Source: a virus. From it: 31,481 bases of DNA. Below the pieces are notes generated by a model that was given only the letters and a program-made list of their open reading frames with translations, was not told where the DNA came from and searched no databases. Below, piece by piece: positions 1 through 9,475 of the stretch (position 1 is the first letter of the stretch; every line of letters begins with the position of its first letter). The stretch covers positions 1 to 31,481 of the IMG/VR virus record IMGVR_UViG_3300045988_080512, one strand, 5' to 3'. The position numbers and the translations under genes are program-made.

Positions 1-11
1 AAATTACTATT

Positions 12-1730
12 ATGAAAACTTATTTAAATAATTTAATCAATGAATTACCTACTAACTGCTTATTTGACAAAGGTAAAGTAGGATGTGGTGGAACTTCAAT
101 GGCTTTAGAGTGTGATAAGCCTTATGTTATATGTGTTCCATTTGTAAGCTTAGTTGAGAATAAACTTGCTCAATATCCTAATGAAAGACGTAAAGAGCCT
201 ATTTTTGGAGTTTATCAAGGTATTACTAAGACAGACATTGAAGCTTATGTATCTTCAGTTAAATGCCCTAAAATCATTGTTACTTATAATTCTCTTTATA
301 AAGTAATAGAAGCAGTAAATCCTAAAGATTATAGCTTATTAATTGATGAATATCATATACTATTTAATCAATATAGTCTTAGAAGAGATGCAATTAAAGA
401 TGTATTAAAGACATATAGTCTATTTAAAGAATATACATTTATGACTGCAACTCCATTAGAAGATGAATTTGTTTTAGATGAATTGTCTAAACTGCCATTA
501 GTAAGACAAGAATGGGATGATGTTATCGAGACTAAAGTTCAGACTGTCAAATGCAAGAATGTAGAAGCTTCCACAATTAAGCTTATAAATGGATTTTTAA
601 GTGGAAATGTTGAAGGTAATGCTTATATATTTGTTAACTCTGTTGACTTTATAAAGAATCTTATTTTAAAGGCTAAACTTACAGCAGATAACACAAGAGT
701 AGTATATTCTAAGAATAATAGAACTAAACTGCCAATTCAGAATTCTTCAGTAAATGATGAACCTAAGAAGATTAATTTGTTGACTTCTACTGTATTTGAA
801 GGTTCTGATATTTATGATGAAAATGGAAGAATTATTGTAGTTAGTGATTCCTCTAAAGCTCAGACTCTTTTAGATATATCTACTTCAATTCAACAGATTG
901 CTGGTAGAATTAGAAATAGTAAATATTTAAATTGGATTACTCATCTTTATTCAGCCACAAGATATGCAGAGATAGATTATGATACATTTAAAAATAATAC
1001 ATTAAAGAATATTGAAGAAACAAAGATTGCAGTTGAATCATATAATCAGCTTCCAGAAGTAGCTCGTAAGAAGATTACAGACTTTACAAGTGACACATAT
1101 ATTCAAATTAATGAGGATTATACCTTTGAATTTGACCCAAATATGGCTAAAGTAGATATATTCAATTTTAAGGTTGCAAGAGGTTTATACTCTGTAAGAG
1201 TTAATCTTACTAATGAATATCTAAAGAATGGCTTTATAAAGGTTGCTGAATGTGAAGATAAATCTATTAAGATAGACCTTGAAGCTCCTAGTAAGTCATT
1301 TCAGGAGCTTATTAAAGATGTAAGAGCTGAATGGGAAACTAAATTTAAAGTTGGAACTCCTATATTAAATGAAGCTCTAATTAAATATCCTTGGTTAAAT
1401 GATGCAATTAATAAACTGGGATTTGAAAGAATGGCAACTTTGGGTTATTGCATTAAAGATATTAAAGAGGAGCTTGTTAAAATATCAGATAAAAATATGC
1501 CAAATAAGGTTGCCAAATTACTTACAAGAGATATTCAGAATGGTATGTTCTACAATTTAGCTTTATTGAAGAATAAGATTGCTGATGTATATAAGACTTT
1601 AGGTATAAAGAAAACTGCAAAGGCAACAGATATTGAACACTATTTTGAAGTTAGAAAATCAACTAAAACTGAAAAGGATGTTAGAAGCAAAGGATACATT
1701 ATTATTAGACCAAGATTCATATTTAAATAG
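12..1730 (+). CDS. SF2 (DExH-type) helicase, early/replication module
   Basis: 572-aa ORF ending in TAG. Helicase motifs are readable: GKVGCGGTS (motif I-like), LLIDEYH (motif II), MTATP (motif III), QQIAGRIRN (motif VI). No in-frame TGA; all 4 Trp are TGG. Confidence 0.7.
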   Translation: MKTYLNNLINELPTNCLFDKGKVGCGGTSMALECDKPYVICVPFVSLVENKLAQYPNERRKEPIFGVYQGITKTDIEAYVSSVKCPKIIVTYNSLYKVIEAVNPKDYSLLIDEYHILFNQYSLRRDAIKDVLKTYSLFKEYTFMTATPLEDEFVLDELSKLPLVRQEWDDVIETKVQTVKCKNVEASTIKLINGFLSGNVEGNAYIFVNSVDFIKNLILKAKLTADNTRVVYSKNNRTKLPIQNSSVNDEPKKINLLTSTVFEGSDIYDENGRIIVVSDSSKAQTLLDISTSIQQIAGRIRNSKYLNWITHLYSATRYAEIDYDTFKNNTLKNIEETKIAVESYNQLPEVARKKITDFTSDTYIQINEDYTFEFDPNMAKVDIFNFKVARGLYSVRVNLTNEYLKNGFIKVAECEDKSIKIDLEAPSKSFQELIKDVRAEWETKFKVGTPILNEALIKYPWLNDAINKLGFERMATLGYCIKDIKEELVKISDKNMPNKVAKLLTRDIQNGMFYNLALLKNKIADVYKTLGIKKTAKATDIEHYFEVRKSTKTEKDVRSKGYIIIRPRFIFK

Positions 1731-1890
1731 AATTGCGGATATTAAAGAAACTCTTAAAAAGTCAGAAGATACTATTAAGGAGTTTGATAAGTGAATGAAT
1801 GAATTTAAAGAGAATTCTAAGAAATTAGGAGATATTATAGATAGAGTATTAGCACAAAGAGATTTTACATTTATTTCAAAATTTGATTAA
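1678..1890 (+). CDS. hypothetical small protein (70 aa if TGA=Trp)
   Basis: ATG 1678 overlaps the helicase 3' end in another frame and runs to TAA 1888-1890 through one TGA at 1792-1794 (...EFDKWMNEFKEN...). Under the standard code only a 31-aa ORF from ATG 1795 remains. Start choice is uncertain. Confidence 0.35.
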
Positions 1891-1892
1891 TT

Positions 1893-2027
1893 ATGGATGA
1901 TTTTTTATTTAAAAAGCTTGAAGAACTAGAATATAGAATAGTTCAATTAGAGAACCAAAACAAAGGGTTAGTTTGGGAAGAAGTAGAAGAAAAACCAGAG
2001 ATTCCTAACGCAACATATATTGACTAA
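1893..2027 (+). CDS. hypothetical small protein (44 aa)
   Basis: ATG lies 2 nt after the previous TAA. Translation: MDDFLFKKLEELEYRIVQLENQNKGLVWEEVEEKPEIPNATYID. Too short for the supplied track; supported only by tight packing. Confidence 0.35.
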   Translation: MDDFLFKKLEELEYRIVQLENQNKGLVWEEVEEKPEIPNATYID

Positions 2028-2028
2028 T

Positions 2029-2169
2029 ATGAAGTACTTTACATATAAATTATGCTTAAATGGAGTAAATTACGTTTATGTAATTCCCGAAAATAGTAAA
2101 TTCTTAGTAGATTTACAAACTGGAGAATTAATACCTAAAGATGAGAAATTATTTGAGATAATGGAATAA
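2029..2169 (+). CDS. hypothetical small protein (46 aa)
   Basis: ATG lies 1 nt after the previous TAA (TAATATG). Translation: MKYFTYKLCLNGVNYVYVIPENSKFLVDLQTGELIPKDEKLFEIME. It is the last plus-strand ORF before the convergent terminator. Confidence 0.35.
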   Translation: MKYFTYKLCLNGVNYVYVIPENSKFLVDLQTGELIPKDEKLFEIME

Positions 2170-2172
2170 ACA

Positions 2173-2199
2173 AAAAGGAGGGTTATTTGCCCTCCTTTT
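2173..2199. terminator. bidirectional rho-independent terminator at the convergent junction
   Basis: Perfect 10-bp stem AAAAGGAGGG / CCCTCCTTTT with loop TTATTTG. A T-run follows on the plus strand (CTTTTTTATT) and an A-run precedes it, which is a T-run on the minus strand. It sits between the last plus-strand ORF (ends 2169) and the end of the minus-strand HNH gene, whose last codons it overlaps. Confidence 0.65.
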
Positions 2200-2521
2200 C
2201 TTTTTTATTAAACCTTTGATAATTACTTACTGCCGAATGTATAGCTTTATGACATACTGAACATAATGTTATCAAATCTTCCAAATGGTCTTGCTCCTCA
2301 TATAAATTGTCATACCTCTTATGATGTACCGATAATGACCTGTTTCCGCCTTCCTCAACGCATCAATTACAAGTTTGGCAGTGGTAGTTATCCCGCAACA
2401 AAACTTGCTCTCTAATCGCCTTAAATTCCTTTGAGCGGATATATCTCTGGTACTTTAAATATTCTTCACTTCTTACTTTCCTCTTAGTCTTATGAAGCAA
2501 TTTACTTGATTTGGAATCCAT
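2183..2521 (-). CDS. HNH endonuclease (112 aa), last gene of the minus-strand block
   Basis: ATG 2519-2521 lies 2 nt after the endolysin TAA; the gene ends at TAA 2183-2185. Motifs: CQTCN-TGA-C ... SVHHKRYDNLYEEQDHLEDLITLCSVCHKAIH (Cys box plus HH...CxxCH). One in-frame TGA at 2363-2365. Absent from the supplied track because TGA splits it. Confidence 0.7.
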
Positions 2522-2523
2522 AA

Positions 2524-2976
2524 TTATATAATAGTAAATTTCTGTCGTCTTTGCATTCCGTCTTTATTCTTTAATCCCAAGTGTATTCAACTTGCTATAC
2601 CATTCTTAGGCTTTTCATATATCAACTGGTCTCAATTTAATTCTTCAATAGCTTCAGCAATCCAACTTTGGAATACTTTCATATTACCATTAATTGGAGA
2701 TATATCTGCTGCATACCCTGTTAAATGAGCAGAAGTTGAAGATCCTCCCACTGCTTTATTAAGCTCCTTATTCCTAAAACCAGAGGAAATCCTGATGCCT
2801 GCATTGCCAAGCTGATTGTCATCACAATACTTTGCCCATCTCTCTCTTATTGGGTCTAAAAGCTTCTCGACCAACTCTATCAGGTGCTCTGTTATACTCT
2901 CATCTGGAGTGTTATTTATATGCTTAATTGAAGCAGTATCAGATCTTGTTAATTCTTCGAGTGTGAAATACTTCAT
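2524..2976 (-). CDS. endolysin, LAS/M15-family zinc peptidoglycan peptidase (150 aa)
   Basis: Track ORF 2632..2976 extended through TGAs at 2632 and 2587 to TAA 2524-2526. Zinc motif SAHLTGYAAD (Hx6D) lies in the listed part. The third ligand His is in ...NWDQLIYEKPKNGIASWIHLG..., downstream of both TGAs. Confidence 0.85.
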
Positions 2977-3134
2977 TATTTATATGAATTATGCAGTTTA
3001 TAAAGATAAATAAAATAGCACACTGCTCCAAATAACGTTAAACTAATAGTAATCCAAAAAGGAATTACTTTAATTAACAAAAATGCAATCATTAATAGTA
3101 CAACTACTATTACATATTTTAACCAATATTTCAT
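2976..3134 (-). CDS. holin-like small membrane protein (52 aa)
   Basis: MKYWLKYVIVVVLLMIAFLLIKVIPFWITISLTLFGAVCYFIYLYKLHNSYK has two hydrophobic segments. Its TAA overlaps the endolysin ATG by 1 nt (TAATG). Its ATG lies 1 nt after the upstream TAA. Too short for the track; function is inferred from position and topology only. Confidence 0.5.
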   Translation of the reverse strand: MKYWLKYVIVVVLLMIAFLLIKVIPFWITISLTLFGAVCYFIYLYKLHNSYK

Positions 3135-3135
3135 A

Positions 3136-3792
3136 TTATATCTTATTTAAAATTATACTTATCTGTATTCCAACTCTTCTTAGATGTACTCAAGTATCAT
3201 AAGGCATAGGTGTATCACAGAATGATAAACCTAAAATACCTATATCTTTATCCTCAGTTTTTAAATAAAATACTGCCACTTCATTTACTCTGTTAGACTT
3301 AAATGCGTAATATAATCTTGGGTCATCTGCTTCTAAACTATCTATATTACCATACCATCCATCATTCTTAGAAAACTCTATAATTGAGGTATAATCAGAT
3401 AATAAGAAATCTTTATAATGGCTACTTACAGGTCTTATTCCTGGCTTTACTTCCTCTGCATTCATTACTCCATAAGTAAATGGAAGTCCTCCTAATCCAG
3501 TAGTTCCATTATGATATTCAATAACTCAAGCTCTATCAGCATTCGTACTTTGAAGCAATTCTTTAAGCTTATATTTAATCTTTAAAGTTGCTTCATTTCT
3601 TGCAATAGTTTTAGTATTATGAGTCTGTTCAATATAGGTTACAACCTTATTATAAACAATAGATGGATTAAGTGTAATAACCATTACATAGGATATAAAT
3701 ATTAATCCAATCCCTGCTTTAAATATCTTTAGTAATCCATATTTATCAACCCATTCTAATACTTTACCAAACCAATTTAATTTATTTTCCAT
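3136..3792 (-). CDS. membrane-anchored hypothetical protein (218 aa)
   Basis: Track ORFs 3526..3810 and 3190..3465 are in the same frame and are joined through TGA 3526 (...NADRAWVIEYHNGTTGLGG...). TGA 3190 is also read through, to TAA 3136-3138. N-terminal TM segment: GIGLIFISYVMVITL. The preferred start, ATG 3790-3792, overlaps the upstream TAA (TAATG); the alternative is ATG 3810. Confidence 0.6.
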
Positions 3793-4217
3793 TACATACT
3801 GTCTTGACATAAACCCAGTGTGTTGTCAACTTGGAAATCAGCTCTAACAAACACTCCGCAGGTAATATCTTTGAACTTTTGATAGAATGGAGTATAAATT
3901 AAAGGATAAGCTATTTCAACTTCTGGATATAGGTTATTAAAACGATTAATTATATTTTGCAGTGCAAGCATACCTGCTGACTGTTCCTCCAATTGGTTGT
4001 TATCAGTCTCATCCCATCTTGATACGAAGTATAGGTTTAAAGAGTAAGTAATAGTATCTTCATCTACACTAAAAGTATTAGGTGTTATATAGAACACATT
4101 ATACTCAATAGTTGGTAAGCTATTTAACTCATAAATATCTTTACTTCCTACAAAATTGATGTTTGGCTCTTCTAATGCACAAGCTTTTAAATTGCTAATT
4201 ATCTCATAGTAGGTCAT
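3792..4217 (-). CDS. hypothetical virion (neck/head-tail joining region) protein
   Basis: 141-aa ORF ending in TAA, with no TGA. Tightly packed after 4220..4909. The call is positional only. Confidence 0.55.
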   Translation of the reverse strand: MTYYEIISNLKACALEEPNINFVGSKDIYELNSLPTIEYNVFYITPNTFSVDEDTITYSLNLYFVSRWDETDNNQLEEQSAGMLALQNIINRFNNLYPEVEIAYPLIYTPFYQKFKDITCGVFVRADFQVDNTLGLCQDSM

Positions 4218-4219
4218 AA

Positions 4220-4909
4220 TTACTTACTCTTTTTATTATTACTTGAAGGGAAATCATAAGCTCTTTGAAGAGGTCCCTCTCCAGGTTTAATGCTCCATCC
4301 CTTACCTCTTGCTCCACCAAGCCAAATATTGCAAGATGAGCTAGAATAAAGATTGGGAAACATATCCTTTAATGGCTTATATGTATAAAGCTCAGGGAAT
4401 TCATTATAATATGTAATTATAAAGTCCTGTAAACGAGTCTTAAAGAAATCCGCCTTATCTCTATAATACTTCTTAATTTGATTTACTTGACTTGCTTCAG
4501 CAGCAATATCTTTCTCATCATCAGTTCTCATAACTCCAAAATTACCAAGCTTATAAGATATAGGAATTACTATCTCGCTAAGTACTTGATAAAGTAAATA
4601 AGGCTGAACATAATAGTCTAATAGCTCTTTATATCTGTAGTTATCAGAATCATCAATAGAATCACTTGGAAGTGGCTCAGGAGGTTCTATTGGATGAACT
4701 GGAGTATGAGGATCAATCCAATTAATACATTTCTTTTGTAATGCTTCCAATAGCTTAGTACCAATAGTTGACTGAAGTTCTACATCTTGGGCACTTGTGA
4801 TGGCTGCTTGTAAATATTTACCCGATATATTGTTATCTAATGTAGAATTTGACTTTATATAGTCTTCTGAAATAAGCAGTACATTTCTATAGTTAAGTTG
4901 TTCCATCAT
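4220..4909 (-). CDS. hypothetical virion (head completion/connector region) protein
   Basis: 229-aa ORF ending in TAA, with no TGA. Its start overlaps the end of the GIY-YIG gene by 17 nt. The call is positional only. Confidence 0.55.
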   Translation of the reverse strand: MMEQLNYRNVLLISEDYIKSNSTLDNNISGKYLQAAITSAQDVELQSTIGTKLLEALQKKCINWIDPHTPVHPIEPPEPLPSDSIDDSDNYRYKELLDYYVQPYLLYQVLSEIVIPISYKLGNFGVMRTDDEKDIAAEASQVNQIKKYYRDKADFFKTRLQDFIITYYNEFPELYTYKPLKDMFPNLYSSSSCNIWLGGARGKGWSIKPGEGPLQRAYDFPSSNNKKSK

Positions 4910-5501
4910 AAATAAATTTATTGTTTTTATAAGGTCTATTTTCTTTTAAAGCTAAATATAATCCAGAACGTTCTCCATTAACTGATTTAACAGCTTCTTT
5001 CATTGAATTATATCTTGCAATAAAATTCCCATTCATATCAAATCTTAATATAGGCTTAACTCTAGTAATTCGTCCTTTGGAAGCATTTCCAATTTTAATA
5101 AGTGTTTCCAAAGTATAGATTCCTTTCTTTCCTTTATTCCAGGGTGTTTTACCTTTTTTAGAATTTGACATTTTTGCTCTACTCTCATTAGAAAAAGAAT
5201 ACCCGTATGTACCTTCTCCTCCTGATGTTATATTGTAACCATTTTCAGGAGTATTTGTTTTATATTTATGTATCAATATCCTTTCTAATGTCTTAGCACA
5301 AGCTTCTGGTAAATTATCTTTAATTATGATATGTTCAAATCCATCTCAGCTATATTTTTGTATCGCTTTATAAAAGTAAGCTTGAGTAGAGTATCCATAT
5401 CCATTTTTTCACCTAGCTTGCACACTTTGTCCAGTAATGCCAAAATATAGCTTATTGTTATACTTATTTATATGGCAATAAACAGTATAATTATTCAACA
5501 T
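4893..5501 (-). CDS. GIY-YIG homing endonuclease with NUMOD3-like and C-terminal DNA-binding region (202 aa)
   Basis: Track ORF 4893..5276 extended upstream through TGAs at 5346 and 5409 to ATG 5499-5501. N-terminus: MLNNYTVYCHINKYNNKLYFGITGQSVQAR-W-KNGYGYSTQAYFYKAIQKYS-W-DGFEH, giving the GIY...YxG...RW...KYxWxxF pattern. GKTPWNKGK is NUMOD3-like. Confidence 0.85.
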
Positions 5502-6582
5502 TTTGTTTGCTATCTTCTTGTCCATTTGGAGTTAAGCTAAAAGGAGTTATAGTTATTGAACCTTTCATTCCAAATATCTTATCAAATGTATCTACTATTT
5601 CGACCTGAATTGGTCTAACTACTGTACGATTATAAAGTTTAAAAGCTTCATTAAATTCTTGTTCGTTGAATCCACTTGAGTAGTTAAGGCCAAAAAGTAC
5701 ACTATTAGCTCTAAATGCGCAGAATATCTGTTCTCTTGTCCTATCAGATAAAGCACTATATTTCTCATCAAAATCATCAGAGTCTAAACGCTCAATAGTA
5801 GTCTTATTTGTTTCATCATCATTATATGAAATAAGAACTCTGCCAGCATTTTGAAATCCTGAGAATTTCTCATTAATATTCATCTCAATCTCTTCTTTAA
5901 CTTCATCTGTAGGCTGTCCATTATTAAAGTTAATGATAAGATTACCCATAAATCCATTATGAAGAGAATTTAGATGGAACTCATTAATATTCTTCTCAGT
6001 TTCGCAAGATAAGATAGCTGCACCATAAACAGGGACTGGATATACTTTTCTTGTTATATAGCCCTTATTATAAACAACGCTTGTAGGATTATTATCTGAA
6101 TAATTAAATTTTGGATATTTGATAGCTTTAATAGACCAAGCAGACCAATCATCAGCATAATAGAATACTTCATTTTTTTCATCAGAACGAATCTTCATAA
6201 AGTCAAGATGATATATTTCTGAAACTCTACCTACCATATCTCTAATTACTTGGATAGCATAACCTCCAAATATCATCTTATCTTTAGATACTTTACGCAT
6301 AATATCCATAATAGTTTCACCTTTCTTATTTACAGTTACTTCAAATCCTGGTGCATTACATATAACATCATTACCAACAATAAAGTCAGCAGTCCCATTA
6401 ATGATAGATTGAAGAGTAGCTACATTTAAGTATAAATCCCATAGATATAATGGATAGCGATTATCTTCACCCCAAGAAATCCAATCAGAACCCCTTTTTC
6501 TCGATTCTACAGGAAGTACTAAATTTGACACTACAACAGGATCAATTGCACTTAATTGTACTTTTGTTTTATTTTCGCTCAT
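5491..6582 (-). CDS. portal protein (HK97/Phage_portal-type, 363 aa)
   Basis: Translation has the portal-family layout (SDWISWGEDNRYPLYLWDLY..., ...YPVPVYGAAI..., ...FSGFQNAGRVLISY..., ...REQIFCAFRANSVLFG...). The preferred start, MSENK at 6580-6582, is 14 nt inside the upstream gene. The track start 6639 would overlap far more. No TGA. Confidence 0.75.
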   Translation of the reverse strand: MSENKTKVQLSAIDPVVVSNLVLPVESRKRGSDWISWGEDNRYPLYLWDLYLNVATLQSIINGTADFIVGNDVICNAPGFEVTVNKKGETIMDIMRKVSKDKMIFGGYAIQVIRDMVGRVSEIYHLDFMKIRSDEKNEVFYYADDWSAWSIKAIKYPKFNYSDNNPTSVVYNKGYITRKVYPVPVYGAAILSCETEKNINEFHLNSLHNGFMGNLIINFNNGQPTDEVKEEIEMNINEKFSGFQNAGRVLISYNDDETNKTTIERLDSDDFDEKYSALSDRTREQIFCAFRANSVLFGLNYSSGFNEQEFNEAFKLYNRTVVRPIQVEIVDTFDKIFGMKGSITITPFSLTPNGQEDSKQNVE

Positions 6583-6961
6583 AAGCCGTATATTTGTTTT
6601 GTTTATCGTATTGGTATTTATTATTCTGATAATCTCCAACTCTTATTAGTCCTGAACTCAATACAGGTATAGGTTTACCAGCAACTAATATCTGTGTTCC
6701 TGTAGTAAGAGTATTTTCATAAGTTACCAGAATAACTGGATTGCCATATAGCTCTGACTGCATAGGATTATTTACATCTACAATTACTTCAAGTTTATTT
6801 GGGTTACTAAACAGAATATACTGATATTCACCATCAGGCATATCATCAGATAATGTAATATCAAACTTATAGTAGATATTTTCAGCATAATTCTGATTTT
6901 CTAAGTTATATACATAAACTTCTTTAGTAATAGTATTCTGCATTAATATTGAATAATTCAT
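6569..6961 (-). CDS. hypothetical protein (130 aa)
   Basis: ORF ending in TAA. The track start at 6970 is a TTG; the first ATG is 6959-6961 (MNYSILMQ...). First gene after the terminator at 7040-7061. Confidence 0.5.
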   Translation of the reverse strand: MNYSILMQNTITKEVYVYNLENQNYAENIYYKFDITLSDDMPDGEYQYILFSNPNKLEVIVDVNNPMQSELYGNPVILVTYENTLTTGTQILVAGKPIPVLSSGLIRVGDYQNNKYQYDKQNKYTAYERK

Positions 6962-7039
6962 ATTTTGCAATAGTTTTACATTAATTTACATATCTTTTTC
7001 TTAAAATATAAACTAATTTACTAATGTATTAAAATAATT

Positions 7040-7061
7040 AAAGGAGACCTAAGCCTCCTTT
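7040..7061 (-). terminator. candidate terminator hairpin after the RBP array
   Basis: AAAGGAG / CTCCTTT 7-bp stem with an 8-nt loop, followed on the minus strand by AATTATTTT. It lies in the 153-nt gap between 7115 (gene end) and 6961 (next start). The U-tract is weak. Confidence 0.4.
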
Positions 7062-7114
7062 AATGTCAAGTTTTTTACTCACTCAAAGTACTAAGAAAAA
7101 ATAAAAACTGACAA

Positions 7115-8086
7115 TTAGTTTGAACTTGCTAAAGTTCAGTTTTTAGATGTGGCTAATGATTTCTGTTCCTCAGTAAGTGCATTATAAACGTTAGTATAAA
7201 AAGTTAAAGTTTTGGTATCCTTTCCAGTTAAATCACTAACATTTGTAATAATATCAGTTACTGATTGACTATTTAGTGCTCTAAAATTTGCTAAATTCAT
7301 ACTTTTATCAGCTCCTTCAACACCCCCAAAATAAGTAACAGTAGTATTAGCAGATGCACATATTGAAATTTTATTTAGATCTTCTGTTAATGTGCAATTA
7401 TTTAATTTAATTTTTCCTACTGTTGTAACACCCTCATTATATGAACTAAAGTAATAATATAAAGATAGTTGTCCATTAATAACTTCAATTTCAGGAACAT
7501 TACTGCTAACAGAATAAAAGAAAAATTGTAAAGATGATACACCAGTATCAACTTCATTTATCACTTTTAAAGTAGTTGGTAAATTAGAAGCATTAAAGAA
7601 TGTTCTTGTTGCATAATTTCAACTAGAGGATGTGGTATTAATTAATTCTAAATTATTTAGTATGCCTTGAAATCCAGAAAATGCGTACGAATCCCCAACA
7701 CTAGTTCTTATATTATCAATATATATATTATATGTGTTTTGGAAGGCATATGATGCGTCATATACTTTAGACAGATCAATATGACTTGATATATCTATTG
7801 TAGATATGAAATTAGTCCCATCAAATCAATGATTTATATTATCTGGAAGAGAATATTCTATATTATTATATTGCTCTTGTGTCATACTAGAATATGCAAA
7901 TGTTAATCCATAATCATTTAAATTAATCTTTCCTCCACCACCTCCAGAAATCTGTCCTATCTTATCTGCATAGCTTCTAAAGGTATCGGAATCTGATACA
8001 GCAACACCTTTAGCTACAATAGCATCTTTAATGGCACTCTTAGTACCTTCAAGATACGTTAATTTATCAGAAATTGTATTTGCCAT
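7115..8086 (-). CDS. LRR/DUF285-like receptor-binding (tail fiber/spike) protein, paralog 3 (323 aa)
   Basis: Track ORFs 7826..8086 and 7136..7564 are in the same frame. They are joined through TGAs 7826 and 7619, and TGA 7136 is read through to TAA 7115-7117. N-terminus: MANTISDKLTYLEGTKSAIKDAIVAKGVAVSDSDTFRSYADKI. C-terminus ...KTLTFYTNVYNALTEEQKSLATSKN-W-TLASSN is homologous to ...KTLTLGATNLAKLSDEQKAIATNKNWILA of 13227..14180. Confidence 0.75.
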
Positions 8087-8087
8087 A

Positions 8088-8609
8088 TTAGATATATTTA
8101 AATTTTACCCCTTTATAAGTGTCTGTTCTTCCTTTAAGACAATCTATAACTCTACTATGAGTATACCCATCTATTGATGTTTCAATTGCATTTTTATATG
8201 TTTTAACTAGTAAATCATTAATAAATAGCCCTACAGGTTTACTAATTTTATCAATACATCTATTTATTCTAGTTCCATATGTATTATTATACTTTGCATC
8301 ACATCATTCTAAATTTTCTACCCTATTATCTGTCTTATTTTCATTTATATGGTTAACATATGGTAGATTGTCAGGATTTGGAATAAATGCTTCTGCTACT
8401 AGTCTGTGAACTTTAATAGCTTTAGGTTTATCTAAGCCAGATACTAGAATTACATAATTATAGCCATATTTATCTATATGCTGTTTTAGCTTTTTATGTA
8501 TTTGTTTTCTGGTTCTTCCAATAGAATCTTTAAAAGTCAATGGGTTACTATATACATCTCCTGTAGAAGATACACTATAGTTAGGATAATTTGTTAATAC
8601 TCTATTCAT
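8088..8609 (-). CDS. HNH homing endonuclease (173 aa)
   Basis: Track ORF 8304..8636 extended through TGA 8304 to TAA 8088-8090. Motif: ...[31 protein letters not shown]... (classic NHIdgnktnNrveNLEW). The preferred start, MNRV at 8607-8609, lies just upstream of the preceding gene's TAG. Confidence 0.85.
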
Positions 8610-9234
8610 TTGGAATTTCACCATTAATTGTATCAAGAGTAGTTGAGATAGTTCCGATTTGTGCCTGTAAAGCTTGAATAGCAGCTTCTAATTCTGAAAC
8701 CTTAGCATTATATACTTCTAATGTTACATAATTAGATAGTTCCGATTTGTCTGCTTTATTTGCATCTAATGTCCCAACTTCCTTATCTAATGCATCAATC
8801 TTTAGTCCATCCTCTTCTTGCTTACTTTCAACAGATGCAAGCTCTTCTTTAGTAGCAAAATCCTCAGTACTTGGAATATCTGACTTGAGAGCATAGTTAG
8901 AAAGATCAATAGATAGATGTAAATCCTCACCCTCTCTATTAAATGACATAGGAGAGTTTACTTGAAATACTTCCATCTTAGATGTTTCTAATTCAGTAAT
9001 ATCATTCTTAATTGGCTCTAACTTAGGTTCAAGTATAACATCCAACTGAGAATTGATTTGCTCATCAATTATTTCAACAGCCTTATCTTCAGAAATGTAA
9101 TTACCTTTAGGTTGAAATCTTTCATCTGCTTCAATCTTAGTATAAGAACCAACAGGAAGCTGAGCTGTCTCAATACCACATTTCTTACTAACATAGAAGG
9201 TCTGAGTATTCTTAGTATTCTTTAATATAATCAT
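8602..9234 (-). CDS. coiled-coil tail fiber protein (210 aa)
   Basis: ORF ending in TAG. It shares segments with the large fiber (YALKSDIP..., [15 protein letters not shown] vs KQEEDGDKIDSLDKE). C-terminal heptad-like stretch: [33 protein letters not shown]. Confidence 0.65.
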   Translation of the reverse strand: MIILKNTKNTQTFYVSKKCGIETAQLPVGSYTKIEADERFQPKGNYISEDKAVEIIDEQINSQLDVILEPKLEPIKNDITELETSKMEVFQVNSPMSFNREGEDLHLSIDLSNYALKSDIPSTEDFATKEELASVESKQEEDGLKIDALDKEVGTLDANKADKSELSNYVTLEVYNAKVSELEAAIQALQAQIGTISTTLDTINGEIPNE

Positions 9235-9236
9235 CG

Positions 9237-9473
9237 TTATTTAACTTTTATTGATTCCTCATACTCTTCTAATGCTTTCTTAGCTGCTTCTTTATATTCA
9301 ATATCTTTATCAAGAGTTATTTCTCTTAGATGCTTTAAATCACAGCTTAAAGGACATATACATTCTTTAAAAGATGAATATTGTTTAATATCTAATTCGT
9401 CCTTATAGTTAGTAAGTAAATAACCTTCTTCTGGTTTTACTATTTGATATTTTTCTTTAATTTCAATTTTCAT
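9237..9473 (-). CDS. small conserved protein, paralog of 13006..13227 (possible fiber assembly factor)
   Basis: 78 aa. EEGYLLTNYKDELDIKQYSSFKECICPLSCDL aligns with DEGYFITSYKEGDDIKEYSASTILYCPLTFDI in the 73-aa ORF. Both lie between an LRR gene and a fiber gene. Function is inferred from position only. Confidence 0.55.
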   Translation of the reverse strand: MKIEIKEKYQIVKPEEGYLLTNYKDELDIKQYSSFKECICPLSCDLKHLREITLDKDIEYKEAAKKALEEYEESIKVK

Positions 9474-9475
9474 AA

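Noticed and set aside
2524-3134. The phage might infect a Mollicute (Mycoplasma/Spiroplasma) that natively uses code 4; the low GC content fits this.
   Set aside because: A holin plus M15 peptidoglycan peptidase has no target in wall-less hosts. Promoter-like TAnnTTTG boxes and the lack of Shine-Dalgarno sequences point to Bacteroidota. This remains an inference until the host is predicted computationally.
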